This document shows positions 1 through 14,000 of a stretch of 64,000 nt of DNA, piece by piece. This stretch comes from Lingula anatina (taxonomy: Eukaryota > Animalia > Brachiopoda). Location of the stretch: contig CM120640.1 in the NCBI GenBank assembly GCA_051362555.1, positions 14,942,001 to 15,006,000 on the forward strand, in the 5' to 3' direction. A program made the position numbers and the translations under genes. The notes below the pieces were generated by a model. The model made no database searches. It was given only the letters and a program-made list of their open reading frames with translations, and was not told where the DNA came from. The first letter of the stretch is position 1. Every line of letters starts with the position of its first letter.

Positions 1-182
1 GTTAGTATAAAAGTGAAAATATTTTTTCAGTACACCTTTGTTGTTACCATAAAGAGTGAGTATTTTTTAATGTCAGTATGAAATGCACATTGTACTGGTA
101 CAAATGAACATGTACCTACAGGTTGGCTAGTATAAGCAGTAAAAAAATGATAATAAAGGATTTTGTTAATAAATAAAAAAAC

Positions 183-183
<1 letters not shown>

Positions 184-226
<43 letters not shown>
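184..226. repeat. (TAA)n microsatellite
   Basis: Run of taa triplets; explains the poly-Tyr ORF 27..230. Confidence 0.95.
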
Positions 227-228
<2 letters not shown>

Positions 229-2876
229 ATTAGGTTAATGATTACTCAGTCACATTTTCAATAATTTCAGGTATTTTTTGTTTCATATCATATCTACTAA
301 TTTACACTCACTGAATACTAAAAACATTTTTTCCTTCTGGATTTTTTCACCAACAGTTGTCATATGAGATGCAAATTCTTTACAAGTGCCCATGTTCTTG
401 TTTTATTTCACTGCAGCTGAGACTTACAAAAAGTTGACAAAGATTCATGTAGTGTGTGTGTATAAAATGTGTGTGGGTGACACAGTATACATTCATGAAA
501 TATGAAACTGTTGCTGGGTACACCCAATATTATTTCATTTTAGGTGTATTCAATCATTTTGAACCTTGAAAAGTGCTTGAATTTAGTTTTTAACCTGGAT
601 GCATAAAGGCAGTAATTCACAGGAAGGGGAGACATTCCTTTTTGGACATTATTTAATTTCTATTTTTTAATGTTTCATCACCACTGTGTATAAAATTTAA
701 TTTAAATGATATATTACTTCCTCTTTTCTTTGTTATAGAAACTTATGAGTGACTTTACATTGCCCTCATTTGCATTAAAAGAGTCATTGAAAAGCAATTG
801 AAATAGTCTCAAAATTCTTATTAAATCCTTGAATTTGTTATTAGTGTTCATGTATGAACCTTGACATTGCACACTTTAATCATAGAAAGTTACACAAACA
901 TCCATGATAACTCACAAAAAATTTAAATAAAAAGTGAAAGGCAATGATTATCCCTAAAACTGACTTAAGAAAAAAAAAAAAAGAAAAGAAAATCTGTTTT
1001 GTGACTAAAAAGTACAAGCCACGGTTAAAATATATTTCATTGCGAATTATAAGATGTTTCTATTTGTTTACTCAAATTAAACAAACCAGTTTCCTGAAAA
1101 TAGAAGGAAATTCACTGTACAGTGCATGCAATTTTAGTTTCAGCCATAACAATTGTGATAAGAAATACAAAATACTTCTTTATCCAAAACAAAACCCAAA
1201 ATAATTCCTTATGAGCAATATATGATGGAAAGAGACATAATCTTGTTTGTGGGTGAATGTATGTGTGAGTGCATCATAAAGGAGAAAATACAGAAAAAAA
1301 TGATATGCATTTAAACTTTCAGTTATTATTACTGTTATTATTTATGATGAAATAAAAAATCATTTTATATTAATTATTATTGTAACAAGACTAAACATTT
1401 GTATTCTATGAGGAACTTAAATAATGAAATATACTTATTTCTTTGGCAAGGTTATTTTTTTTTATTTTAATTAAAATTATGGTATATACTGGTTTTATTT
1501 TCCCTTATCTTAACACTGCAGCAAGTAGATGGGACTATGCAGGGATTATATTTTGCAGTATGAATCAATTTCAAAATGAAACAGTAGCAAGAACACAGCT
1601 ATAATTGTTATGATCAAAGTGCAACCTAAGCAAGTGTCAGTTTACTCTAAATTAGAACTTACTCTGTAACTTTGTAATAAGTACAATGTTATGTAAGGAA
1701 AGCCATAAGTGGAATACTATCAAAAATGCCAATATTTACAATCTTTTACTAACTCACACATTACTAGTAAGTCTTTTTTGGTATTTAAAACAGTTTAAGT
1801 CATTTGTTTTTTTCCATCAGTGATGATTACCTCATTATTTGAACTGGATATCCTTTATTTAAATGGATAAACCAAGCCTTTTAAATTAGTTAAAATACTG
1901 TTTAAATATCTAAAATCATTCGAAAGTAGATGATAAGACATTATAATCATCACTGAATGCTCCCAATTACTTATTATTTTAAAAAAACCTACAAAATAAT
2001 GTTAATGAAACTTATGCATATTTTTAAATGCAGTCATCAGCTGATCGAGGTCACCACGTCGCCGAAAGGGGGTCAACATTTGCAACATTTTTTTCTATAT
2101 GTTTCAAATCATTTGGCAGGCTCTCGATACTTTTTGATACATGTTGTACAGCATATCATTTTAAAGCATTTGAAACGGACTTTTTAGTGATATAGAAGAC
2201 ATATATTTTCTCTGCCACATGTATGGAATAGAGGCATAAGTAACCAAGTCAAAGAATCGACAATAAAAATGGCGATTTTCAGATACACCTTCACGACAAA
2301 TTACCACAGGATATTTGTAAACAATATAATTACAGCAAACATTATACATCAGTTGAAAGCCAATTTTCTTCCGAACAAAACCACATCTATTAAACTTGGT
2401 GTTTTGGTATAATTTTGATTTAAACACTGACTAAATATGTATCTTCATCCTAAAAAAGTCGGAAGATTCAAAATCTGAAATTCAGCCGCGGATCAATTTA
2501 TTAATTTTGAGTAACAACTTAAGTGCTTTATATCGCCAAAAAGCTTATTAACTTGGCTTTCTCACAACACTTATAGTTATTTCACGTGCTTTAAAAAATG
2601 TTAGTTTTCGTTTTAATTAAAAAATTCGGACACCCTACCAAACTGCCATGTTGCCATTGCGCGATCGACAGAAACGTATTGTTCTCATCTAAATCGTTAA
2701 CTTTAGGCAACTAACCTGAAATGTCCGAAAGGCGAACCTTTCTCGCTGATAATAATACATCCAAAGTTAAATAATTTTACTTGCTGTCAAAAATATCCGA
2801 CAATAAACACGAGCATAAAATTCCCGCAGACAACACTTTCTCCCCGACTTTTCACCAAGTGCGCATGCGTACAACT

Positions 2877-3042
2877 TTTCGTAGCGACTTACAACAGGTC
2901 GGAGGCAGTTGTAAATTTACGTGCATATTTACAAGAGTTTGTAACTTACAAACCTTCGAGAATACCAACTTACGTGAACGATCGGACTTACGTGAAAAGT
3001 TACAAGAATTTGTAAGTTACAACCTTTCGAGAATACGGCCCC
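2877..3042. mobile_element. Possible right end of a PIF/Harbinger-like MITE (fragment)
   Basis: Repeated 'cttac(a/g)' motifs and 'ttcgagaatac' twice, ending in ...TTCGAGAATACGGCCCC, which resembles GGG(C)-type Harbinger termini. No matching left TIR found. Confidence 0.3.
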
Positions 3043-4639
3043 TGATCTGATGTGCGTGTGCTGGCACCTAGCATACCAGTAAGTTGGTTCAAATATTTAA
3101 GATAAAAATATGATTTTTTTTAATAAGCTTCCATTAGACAACCCTGTTGAGATGTTGAGAATTAGCAATTTTGTGGAATTCGATAATATAGTGCACTCAA
3201 TTTAATGGTAGACTGAATCAAATTACAAGTAGGCCTATATATGGCTTTTTTGTTTGTAAGGCAATACCCTGTGGTATACAGAGTACAAAATATAATTCAG
3301 TTTAGAAATAAAAAATTGATATGATCATGACTTAATTCTCAAAGCTGCAGAGAATTACCAATTCCATTGACTTTTAATGGACATTGACGTTTCATTGACT
3401 TTTCATTGCCTTTTAATGCAACTTCAATTATTGTGTGGCTTGATTGCAACGAAAAGCCTGGATGTTGCCACGTGTTGTTTTCAGTTACCAAACACCCTAC
3501 ATCTAGGTAACAATAACGACAATTATCACTGTGCCATACAGGTGCCCCAGGCTTGTGCAACAGCAATAAACCGCTTGATACGATTTTAAAAGTTATTTTC
3601 TCACAAAGGAAGATCATTTTCACATCAGCAAAAAATACATATAAAGTTTTAATAAATTCATGAGGGTGGCAACCACATTTGTTCATTTTTTTTTGATAAA
3701 ATGGTTTGCATAGCCTGAGCACTGATACCATTGACAAACTAAATCCGAAATTATGATTGAAAACTGTAATACAGTATGAATTGGATAGACCTTGTTTAAA
3801 ACACTTTTACCTCACTTATATCAACAAAGAATACAAATTGATTTAATAAAATCTTTTAATTATGAGATTATACACAAAAATAAACATACTAGAAAAACAA
3901 GATGGACTTACGATTTGCAATAACTAATAAAAGTGCAGTAAGGATAAAGTATGATATAGAAATTAAGCAATCTCTCCGCGGAGGAAAGACATATCTTTAC
4001 AATTATCTTAGAATGGATTGAGCCAAATACTCAAAAACGGAAAACTGTCATTTGAAGACCAAAGTATGATATTTGCTCATGTAAACTTAAATGGCTGTGA
4101 ACGGTCACCTCTATCACAATGAAAGTGGGAATTTTCATTCTCTCAAGTAACTTGCCACGATGGAGATAGGCTACAGTGAAAAGGTTAGTGTCAAGTTAGC
4201 TCTGAAGCTCAGGGTGATGCAAGTTGAGATGGTCTTGTATCTTGGATTATAGGAAGTTTATTCAAAGCATGCACTGGGAATATAAATGCAAGAAATAACA
4301 ACATGATGATTACTGACACATAAGGTACAGGTAGGCCAATGTTCAGGCAAACATTCTCACCTTTGATTTTGGCCTTGTTATTGTGTCTTTCAAAAATGAT
4401 GACAGCAAGTAAACAGTCTTGACTGGCAGCTAGCTATCTTCTAGCTTCTACCACAACCCAGCATGCCAGACATTCAAAGACCTACTCCAAGTCTCCTGTA
4501 ATCCAGTTTTTTAATTGCCCTTTTGTGTGCCTTCATTTGTGATGGACATACCAGAAAAATGGGAATACATGTAGGTAACTCAATAATGTAACACTAACAT
4601 CTTGTCAACACTTACATGAGGAAAAAAAATAAATAAAAT

Positions 4640-5010
4640 TCTTATTTGTAAAACAACATTTGTCAACAATCAAATATACTTACTTCAAAATGTATTTTTT
4701 TCTCTATGACAACATAGTACCTTCGTTTCAAATCTAATTAAATTTGGTTCCATCTAGGCCACTGTCTGAAGAAGAAAATAATCAACCAACATCAATATTT
4801 AAGTTGACTTTAATGCCATTTATCACTCCATGTGAGATTTTTACTTGTCTTAGCACATACCACAATATCCAATGTGATTTAAAATACAGAAAATGCTGAA
4901 AAAGACACATTTCTTTAAGAAACACTATTCAAATTTTTTTAAAATGTAATAACTGACCGAAGCCAAAACATTCAGTGGATGGTGTAACAGCACAGAGACA
5001 GTACTTTTGA
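4640..5010. repeat. Degenerate edge monomer of the 465-bp satellite
   Basis: Diverged versions of monomer motifs (ccaacatcaatatt, tccatgtgagattt, cacataccacaatatcca, agccaaaacattcagtggatggtgtaacagcac), followed by a poly-A run at ~5035-5062. Confidence 0.75.
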
Positions 5011-8000
5011 AAAATATTACTTCACAGTATTATCAAAAAAAAAAAAAAAAAAAAAAAAAAAAACAATTATTCTATCATTATTTGTTACAAAGGACCTAAG
5101 AATTATAAAAACACTTGCCAATGCAAATAAAGCAAAGAATTTTTAAACTGGATCAAGCCAAAATATCCAGCGGGTGGTGTCCCAGCACCCACAGATCGTG
5201 CTTTAATGTCTCTTCTTTTTTCTCCATTACAACATACCTTTTCATCCAAACTAACTCAACTTTTCTACCTTGTTGTCTGAAAAAGAAAATTATCTACCAA
5301 CATCAATATTAAGGTTCACATTTGTGCCATATATCCCTCCATGAGAGATTTATCTTTGACTTACCACATGCCACAATATCCAAAGAGATTGAAAATACAG
5401 GTAATGCTGAAACAGATATATTTCACAAAGAAACACTGTCCAATGCAAATAAAGCAAAGAATGTTTAAACTGGATCAAGCCAAAATATCCAGCGGGTGGT
5501 GTCCCAGCACCCACACACCATGCTTTAAAATACATTGGCTAATATTTCTTTGACAAGCAAACGTACTATTTACAATTAAAGAAAAGACAATAACCTGAAA
5601 ATCCCATTGGGAAAATCAAAAATAAATTTCTCAGCAATAAAAAGATACTTACAATCTTCCATAATCTCTGTTCTTTTTTTCTCCATTACAACATACCTTT
5701 TTCTCCAAACTAATTCCACTTTTTCCATCTGGGTAAGTGTCTGAAAAAGAAAATTATCTACCAACATCAATATTAAATTGACATTTGTGCCATATATCCC
5801 TCCATGTGAGATTTGTCTTTGACTTACCACATACCACAATATCCAAAGAGATTGAAAATACAGGTAATGCTGAAACAGATACATTTCACAAAGAAACAGT
5901 GTCCAATGCAAATAAAGCAAAGAATGTTTAAACTGGATCAAGCCAAAATATCCAGCGGGTGGTGTCCCAGCACCCACAGACCGTGCTTTAAAACACATTG
6001 GCTAATATTCCTTTGATAAGCAAACATACTATTTACAATTAAAGAAAAGACAATAACCTGAAAATCCCATTGGGAAAATCAAAAATAAATTTCTCAGCAA
6101 TAAAAAAATACTTACAATCTTCCATAATGTCTTTTCTTTTTTCTCCATTACAACATACCTTTTCATCCAATCTAATTAAACTTTTTTCCATCTTCCTTGT
6201 TGTCTGAAAAAGAAAATTATCTACCAACATCAATATTAAGGTTCACATTTGTGCCATATATCCCTCCATGTGAGATTTGTCTTCGACTTACCACATACCA
6301 CAATATCCAAAGAGATTGAAAATACAGATAATGCTGAAACAGATATATTTCACAACGAAACACTGTCCAATGCAAATAAAGCAAAGAATGTTTAAACTGG
6401 ATCAAGCCAAAATATCCAGAGGGTGGTGTCCCAGCACCCACACACCGTGCTTTAAAGCACATTGGCTAATATTTCTTTGATAAGCAAACATACTATTTGC
6501 AATTAAAGAAAAGACAATAACCTGAAAATCCCATTGGGAAAATCAAAAATAAATTTCTCAGCAATAAAAATATACTTACAATCTTCCATAATCTCTGTTC
6601 TTTTTTTCTTCATTACAACATAACTTTTCTCGAAACTAATTCCACTTTTTCCATCTAGGTAAGTGTCTGAAAAAGAAAATTATCTACCAACATCAATATT
6701 AAATTGACATTTTAGCCAATACCTCCATGTGAGATTTGTCTTTGACTTACCACATACCACAATATCCAAAGAGATTGAAAATACAGGTAATGCTGAAACA
6801 GATATATTTCACAAAGAATCACTGTCCAATGCAAATAAAGCAAAGAATGTTTAAACTGGATCAAGCCAAAATATCCAGCGGGTGGTGTCCCAGCACCCAC
6901 ACACCGTGCTTTAAAACACATTGGCTAATATTTCTTTGATAAGCAAACATACTTTTTACAATTAAAGAAAAGACAATAACCTGAAAATACCATTGGGAAA
7001 ATCTAAAATAAATTTCTCAGCAATAAAAATATACTTACAATCTTCCATAATCTCTGTTCTTTTTTTCTTCATTACAACATAACTTTTCTCGAAACTAATT
7101 CCACTTTTTCCATCTAGGTAAGTGTCTGAAAAAGAAAATTATCTACCAACATCAATATTAAATTGACATTTTAGCCATATATCCCTCCATGTGAGATTTG
7201 TCTTTGACTTACCACATACCACAATATCCAAAGAGATTGAAAATACAGGTAATGCTGAAACAGATATATTTCACAAAGAATCACTGTCCAATGCAAATAA
7301 AGCAAAGAATGTTTAAACTGGATCAAACCAAAATATCCAGCGGGTGGTGTCCCAGCACCCACACACCGTGCTTTAAAACACATTGGCTAATATGTCTTTC
7401 ATAAGCAAACATACTATTTCCAATTAAAGAAAAGACAATAACCTGAAAATCCCATTGGGAAAATCAAAAATAAATTTCTCAGCAATAAAAAATACTTACA
7501 ATCTTCCATAATGTCTTTTCTTTTTTCTCCATTACAACATACCTTTTCATCCAATCTAACTCAACTTTTTTCCATCTTCCTTGTTGTCTCAAAAAGAAAA
7601 TTATCTACCAACATCAATATTAAGATTCACATTTGTGCCATATATCCCTCCATGTGAGATTTGAACTTGTCTTAACACATACCACAATATCCAAAGAGAT
7701 TGAAAATACAGATAATGCTGAAACATATATATATTTCACAAAGAAACACTGTCCAATGCAAATAAAGCAAAGAATGTTTAAACTGGATCAAGCCAAAATA
7801 TCCAGCGGGTGGTGTCCCAGCACCCACACACCGTGCTTTAAAACACATTGGCTAAGATTCCTTTGATAAGCAAACATACTATTTGCAATTAAAGAAAAGA
7901 CAATAACCTGAAAATCCCATTGGGAAAATCAAAAATAAATTTCTCAGCAATAAAAAGATACTTACAATCTTCCATAATGTCTGTGTTTTTTTTCTCCATT

Positions 8001-11000
8001 ACAACATACCTTTTTCTCCAAACTAATTCCACTTTTTCCATCTGGGTAAGTGTCTGAAAAAGAAAATTATCTACCAACATCAATATTAAATTGACATTTT
8101 AGCCATATATCCCTCCATGTGAGATTTGTCTTGACTTACCACATACCACAATATCCAAAGAGATTGAAAATACAGGTAATGCTGAAACATATATATATAT
8201 ATTTCACAAAAAAACACTGTCCAATGCAAATAAAGCAAAGAATGTTTAAACTGGATCAAACCAAAATACCCAGCGGGTGGTGTCCCAGCACCCACAGACC
8301 GTGCTTTAAAACACACTAGCTAATATTCCTTTGATAAGCAAACATACTTTTTACAATTAAAGAAAAGACAATAACCTGAAAATACCATTGGGAAAATCTA
8401 ATCTAAATTTCTCAGGAATCAAAAGATACTTACAATCTTCCATAATGTCTGTTTTTTTTTCTCCATTACAACATATGTTTTTCTCCAAACCAATTTAACC
8501 TTTTTCATCTGGGTTGGTGTCTGAAAAAGAAAATTATCTTCCAACATCAATATTAAGGTTCACATTTGTACAATATATCCCTCCATGTGAGATTTGTCTT
8601 TGACTTAACACATACCACAATATCCAAAGAGATTGAAAATATAGGTAATGCTGAAACATATATATATTTCACAAAAAAACACTGCCCAATGCAAATAAAG
8701 CAAAGAATGTTTAAACTGGATCAAGCCAAAATATCCAGCGGGTGGTGTCCCAGCACCCACACACCGTGCTTTAAAACACATTAGCTAATATTTCTTTGAT
8801 AAGCAAACATACTATTTGCAATTAAAGAAAAGACAATAACCTGAAAATACTATTGGGAAAATCAAAAATAAATTTCTCAGCAATAAAAAGATACTTACAA
8901 TCTTCCATAATGTCTGTTTTTTTTCTCCATTACAACATACCTTTTCATCCAAACTAATTCCACTTTTTCCATCTGGGTAAGTGTCTGAAAAGGAAAATTA
9001 TCTACCAACATCAATATTAAATTGACATTTGTGCCATATATCCCTCCATGTGAGATTTGCCCTTGTCTTACCACATACCACAATATCCAAAGAGATTGAA
9101 AATACAGGTAATGCTGAAACATATATATATATATTTCACAAAAAAACACTGTCCAATGCAAATAAAGCAAAGAATGTTTAAACTGGATCAAGCCAAAATA
9201 CCCAGCGGGTGGTGTCCCAGCACCCACAGACCGTGCTTTAAAACACACTGGCTAATATTCCTTTGATAAGGAAACATACTTTTTACAATTAAAGAAAAGA
9301 CAATAACCTGAAAATACCATTGGGAAAATCTAATCTAAATTTCTCAGGAATCAAAAGATACTTACAATCTTCCATAATGTCTATCTTTTTTTCTCCATTA
9401 CAACATATGTTTTTCTCCAAACTAATTTAACCTTTTTCATCTGGGTTGGTGTCTGAAAAAGAAAATTATCTTCCAACATCAATATTAAGGTTCACATTTG
9501 TACCATATATCCCTCCATGTGAGATTTGTCTTTGACTTACCACATACCACAATATCCAAAGAGATTGAAAATATAGGTAATGCTGAAACATATATATATT
9601 TCACAAAGAAACACTGTCCAATGCAAATAAAGCAAAGAATGTTTAAACTGGATCAAGCCAAAATATCCAGCGGGTGGTGTCCCAGCACCCACACACTGTG
9701 CTTTAAAAGACATTGGCTAATATTTCTTTGATAAGCAAACATACTATTTGCAATTAAAGAAAAGACAATAACCTGAAAATACTACTGGGAAAATCAAAAA
9801 TAAATTTCTCAGCAATAGAAAGATACTTACAATCTTCCATAATGTCTGTTTTTTTTTTTCTCCATTACAACATACCTTTTTCTCCAAACTAATTCCACTT
9901 TTTCCATCTGGGTAAGTGTCTGAAAAAGAAAATTATCTACCAACATCAATATTAAATTGACATTTGTGCCATATATCCCTCCATGTGAGATTTGCCCTTG
10001 TCTTACCACATACCACAATATCCAAAGAGATTGAAAATACAGGTAATGCTGAAACAGATATATTTCACAAAGAATCACTGTCCAATGCAATTAAAGCAAA
10101 GAATGTTTAAACTGGATCAAACCAAAATATCCAGCGGGTGGTGTCCCAGCACCCACAGAACGTGTGTTAAAACACATTGGCTAAAATTTCTTTGATAAGC
10201 AAACATACTATTTACAATTAAAGAAAAGACAATAACCTGAAAATCCCATTGGGAAAATAAAAATAAATTTCTCAGCAATAAAAAAATACTTACAATCTTC
10301 CATAATGTCTTTTCTTTTTTCTCCATTACAACATACCTTTTCATCCAATCTAACTCAACTTTTTTCCATCTTCCTTGTCTGAAAAAGAAAATTATCTACC
10401 AACATCAATATTAAGGTTCACATTTGTGCCATATATCCCTCCATGTGAGATTTACCCTTGTCTTACCACATACCACAATATCCAAAGAGATTGAAAATAC
10501 AGATAATGCTGAAACATATATACAGGTATATTTCACAAAGAAACACTGTCCAATGCAAATAAAGCAAAGAATGTTTAAACTGGATCAAGCCAAAATATCC
10601 AGCGGGTGGTGTCCCAGCACCCACACACCGTGCTTTGAAACACATTGGCTAATATTCCTTTGATAAGCAAACATACTATTTGCATTTAAAGAAAAGACAA
10701 TAACCTGAAAATCCCATTGGGAAAATCAAAAATAAATTTCTCAGCAATAGAAAGATACTTACAATCTTCCATAATGTCTGTTTTTTTTTCTCCATTACAA
10801 CATACCTTTTTCTCCAAACTAATTCCACTTTTTCCATCTGGGTATGTGTCTGAAAAAGAAAATTATCTACCAACATCAATATTAAATTGACATTTGTGCC
10901 ATATATCCCTCCATGTGAGATTTGCCCTTGTCTTACCACATACCACAATATCCAAAGAGATTGAAAATACAGGTAATGCTGAAACAGATATATTTCACAA

Positions 11001-14000
11001 AGAATCACTGTCCAATGCAAATAAAGCAAAGAATGTTTAAACTGGATCAAACCAAAATATCCAGCGGGTGGTGTCCCAGCACCCACACACCGTGCTTTGA
11101 AACACATTGGCTAATATTCCTTTGATAAGCAAACATACTATTTGCATTTAAAGAAAAGACAATAACCTGAAAATCCCATTGGGAAAATCAAAAATAAATT
11201 TCTCAGCAATAGAAAGATACTTACAATCTTCCATAATGTCTTTTCTTTTTTCTCCATTACAACATACCTTTTCATCCAATCTAACTCAACTTTTTTCCAT
11301 CTTCCTTGTTGTCTGAAAAAGAAAATTATCTACCAACATCAATATTAAGGTTCACATTTGTGCCATATATCCCTCCATGAGAGATTTGAACTTGTCTTAA
11401 CACATACCACAATATCCAAAGAGATTGAAAATACAGATAATGCTGAAACAGATATATTTCACAAAGAAACACTGTCCAATGCAAATAAAGCAAAGAATGT
11501 TTAAACTGGATCAAGCCAAAATATCCAGCGGGTGGTGTCCCAGCACCCACACACCGTGCTTTAAAACACATTGGCTAAGATTCCTTTCATAAGCAAACAT
11601 ACTATTTGCAATTAAAGAAAAGACAATAACCTGAAAATCCCATTGGGAAAATCAAAAATAAATTTCTCAGCAATAAAAAGATACTTACAATCTTCCATAA
11701 TGTCTTTTCTTTTTTCTCCATTACAACATACCTTTTCATCCAATCTAACTCAACTTTTTTCCATCTTCCTTGTCTGAAAAAGAAAATTATCTACCAACAT
11801 CAATATTAAGGTTCACATTTGTGCCATATATCCCTCCATGTGAGATTTGCCCTCGTCTTACCACATACCACAATATCCAAAGAGATTGAAAATACAGATA
11901 ATGCTGAAACATATATATATTTCACAAAGAAACACTGTCCAATGCAAATAAAGCAAAGAATGTTTAAACTGGATCAAGCCAAAATATCCAGCGGGTGGTG
12001 TCCCAGCACCCACACACAGTGCTTTGAAACACATTGGCTAATATTCCTTTGATAAGCAAACATACTATTTGCATTTAAAGAAAAGACAATAACCTGAAAA
12101 TCCCATTGGGAAAATCAAAAATAAATTTCTCAGCAATAGAAAGATACTTACAATCTTCCATAATGTCTGTTTTTTTTTTCTCCATTACAACATACCTTTT
12201 TCTCCAAACTAATTCCACATTTTCCATCTGGGTAAGTGTCTGAAAAAGAAAATTATCTACCAACATCAATATTAAATTGACATTTATGCCATATATCCCT
12301 CCATGTGAGATTTGTCTTGACTTACCACATACCACAATATCCAAAGAGATTGAAAATACAGGTAATGCTGAAACATATATATATATATATTTCACAAAAA
12401 AACACTGTCCAATGCAAATAAAGCAAAGAATGTTTAAACTGGATCAAGCCAAAATACCCAGCGGGTGGTGTCCCAGCACCCACACGCCATGCTTTAAAAG
12501 ACATTGGCTAATATTTCTTTGATAAGCAAACATACTTTTTACAATTAAAGAAAAGACAATAACCTGAAAATACCATTAGGAAAATCTAATCTAAATTTCT
12601 CAGGAATCAAAAGATACTTACAATCTTCCATAATGTCTGTTTTTTTTTCTCCATTACAACATATGTTTTTCTCCAAACTAATTTAACCTTTTTCATCTGG
12701 GTTGGTGTCTGAAAAAGAAAATTATCTTCCAACATCAATATTAAGGTTCACATTTGTACCATATATCCCTCCATGTGAGATTTGTCTTTGACTTACCACA
12801 TACCACAATATCCAAAGAGATTGAAAATATAGGTAATGCTGAAACATATATATATTTCACAAAGAAACACTGTCCAATGCAAATAAAGCAAAGAATGTTT
12901 AAACTGGATCAAGCCAAAATATCCAGCGGGTGGTGTCCCAGCACCCACACACCGTGCTTTAAAAGACATTGGCTAATATTTCTTTGATAAGCAAACATAC
13001 TATTTGCAATTAAAGAAAAGACAATAACCTGAAAATCCCATTGGGAAAATCAAAAATAAATTTCTCAGCAATAAAAAGATACTTACAATCTTCCATAATC
13101 TCTGTTCTTTTTTTCTCCTTTACAACATACCTTTTTCCCCAAACTAATTCCACTTTTTCCATCTGGGTAAGTGTCTGAAAAAGAAAATTATCTACCAACA
13201 TCAATATTAAATTGACATTTGTGCCATATATCCCTCCATGTGAGATTTGTCTTTGACTTACCACATACCACAATATCCAAAGAGATTGAAAATACAGGTA
13301 ATGCTGAAACAGATATATTTCACAAAGAATCACTGTCCAATGCAAATAAAGCAAAGAATGTTTAAACTGGATCAAGCCAAAATATCCAGCGGGTGGTGTC
13401 CCAGCACCCACAGACCGTGCTTTAAAACACATTGGCTAATATTCCTTTGATAAGCAAACATACTATTTACAATTAAAGAAAAGACAATAACCTGAAAATC
13501 CCATTGGGAAAATCAAAAATAAATTTCTCAGCAATAAAAAAATACTTACAATCTTCCATAATGTCTTTTCTTTTTTCTCCATTACAACATACCTTTTCAT
13601 CCAATCTAATTAAACTTTTTTCCATCTTCCTTGTTGTCTGAAAAAGAAAATTATCTACCAACATCAATATTAAGGTTCACATTTGTGCCATATATCCCTC
13701 CATGTGAGATTTGAACTTGTCTTAACACATACCACAATATCCAAAGAGATTGAAAATACAGATAATGCTGAAACATATATATATTTCACAAAGAAACACT
13801 GTCCAATGCAAATAAAGCAAAGAATGTTTAAACTGGATCAAGCCAAAATATCCAGCGGGTGGTGTCCCAGCACCCACACACCGTGCTTTAAAACACATTG
13901 GCTAAGATTCCTTTGATAAGCAAACATACTATTTGCAATTAAAGAAAAGACAATAACCTGAAAATCCCATTGGGAAAATCAAAAATAAATTTCTCAGCAA

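Noticed and set aside
27-230. Poly-Tyr ORF
   Set aside because: Translation of a (TAA)n microsatellite.
230-4600. Protein-coding gene left of the array
   Set aside because: Only short low-complexity ORFs with no recognisable motifs; small exons or a lncRNA cannot be excluded.
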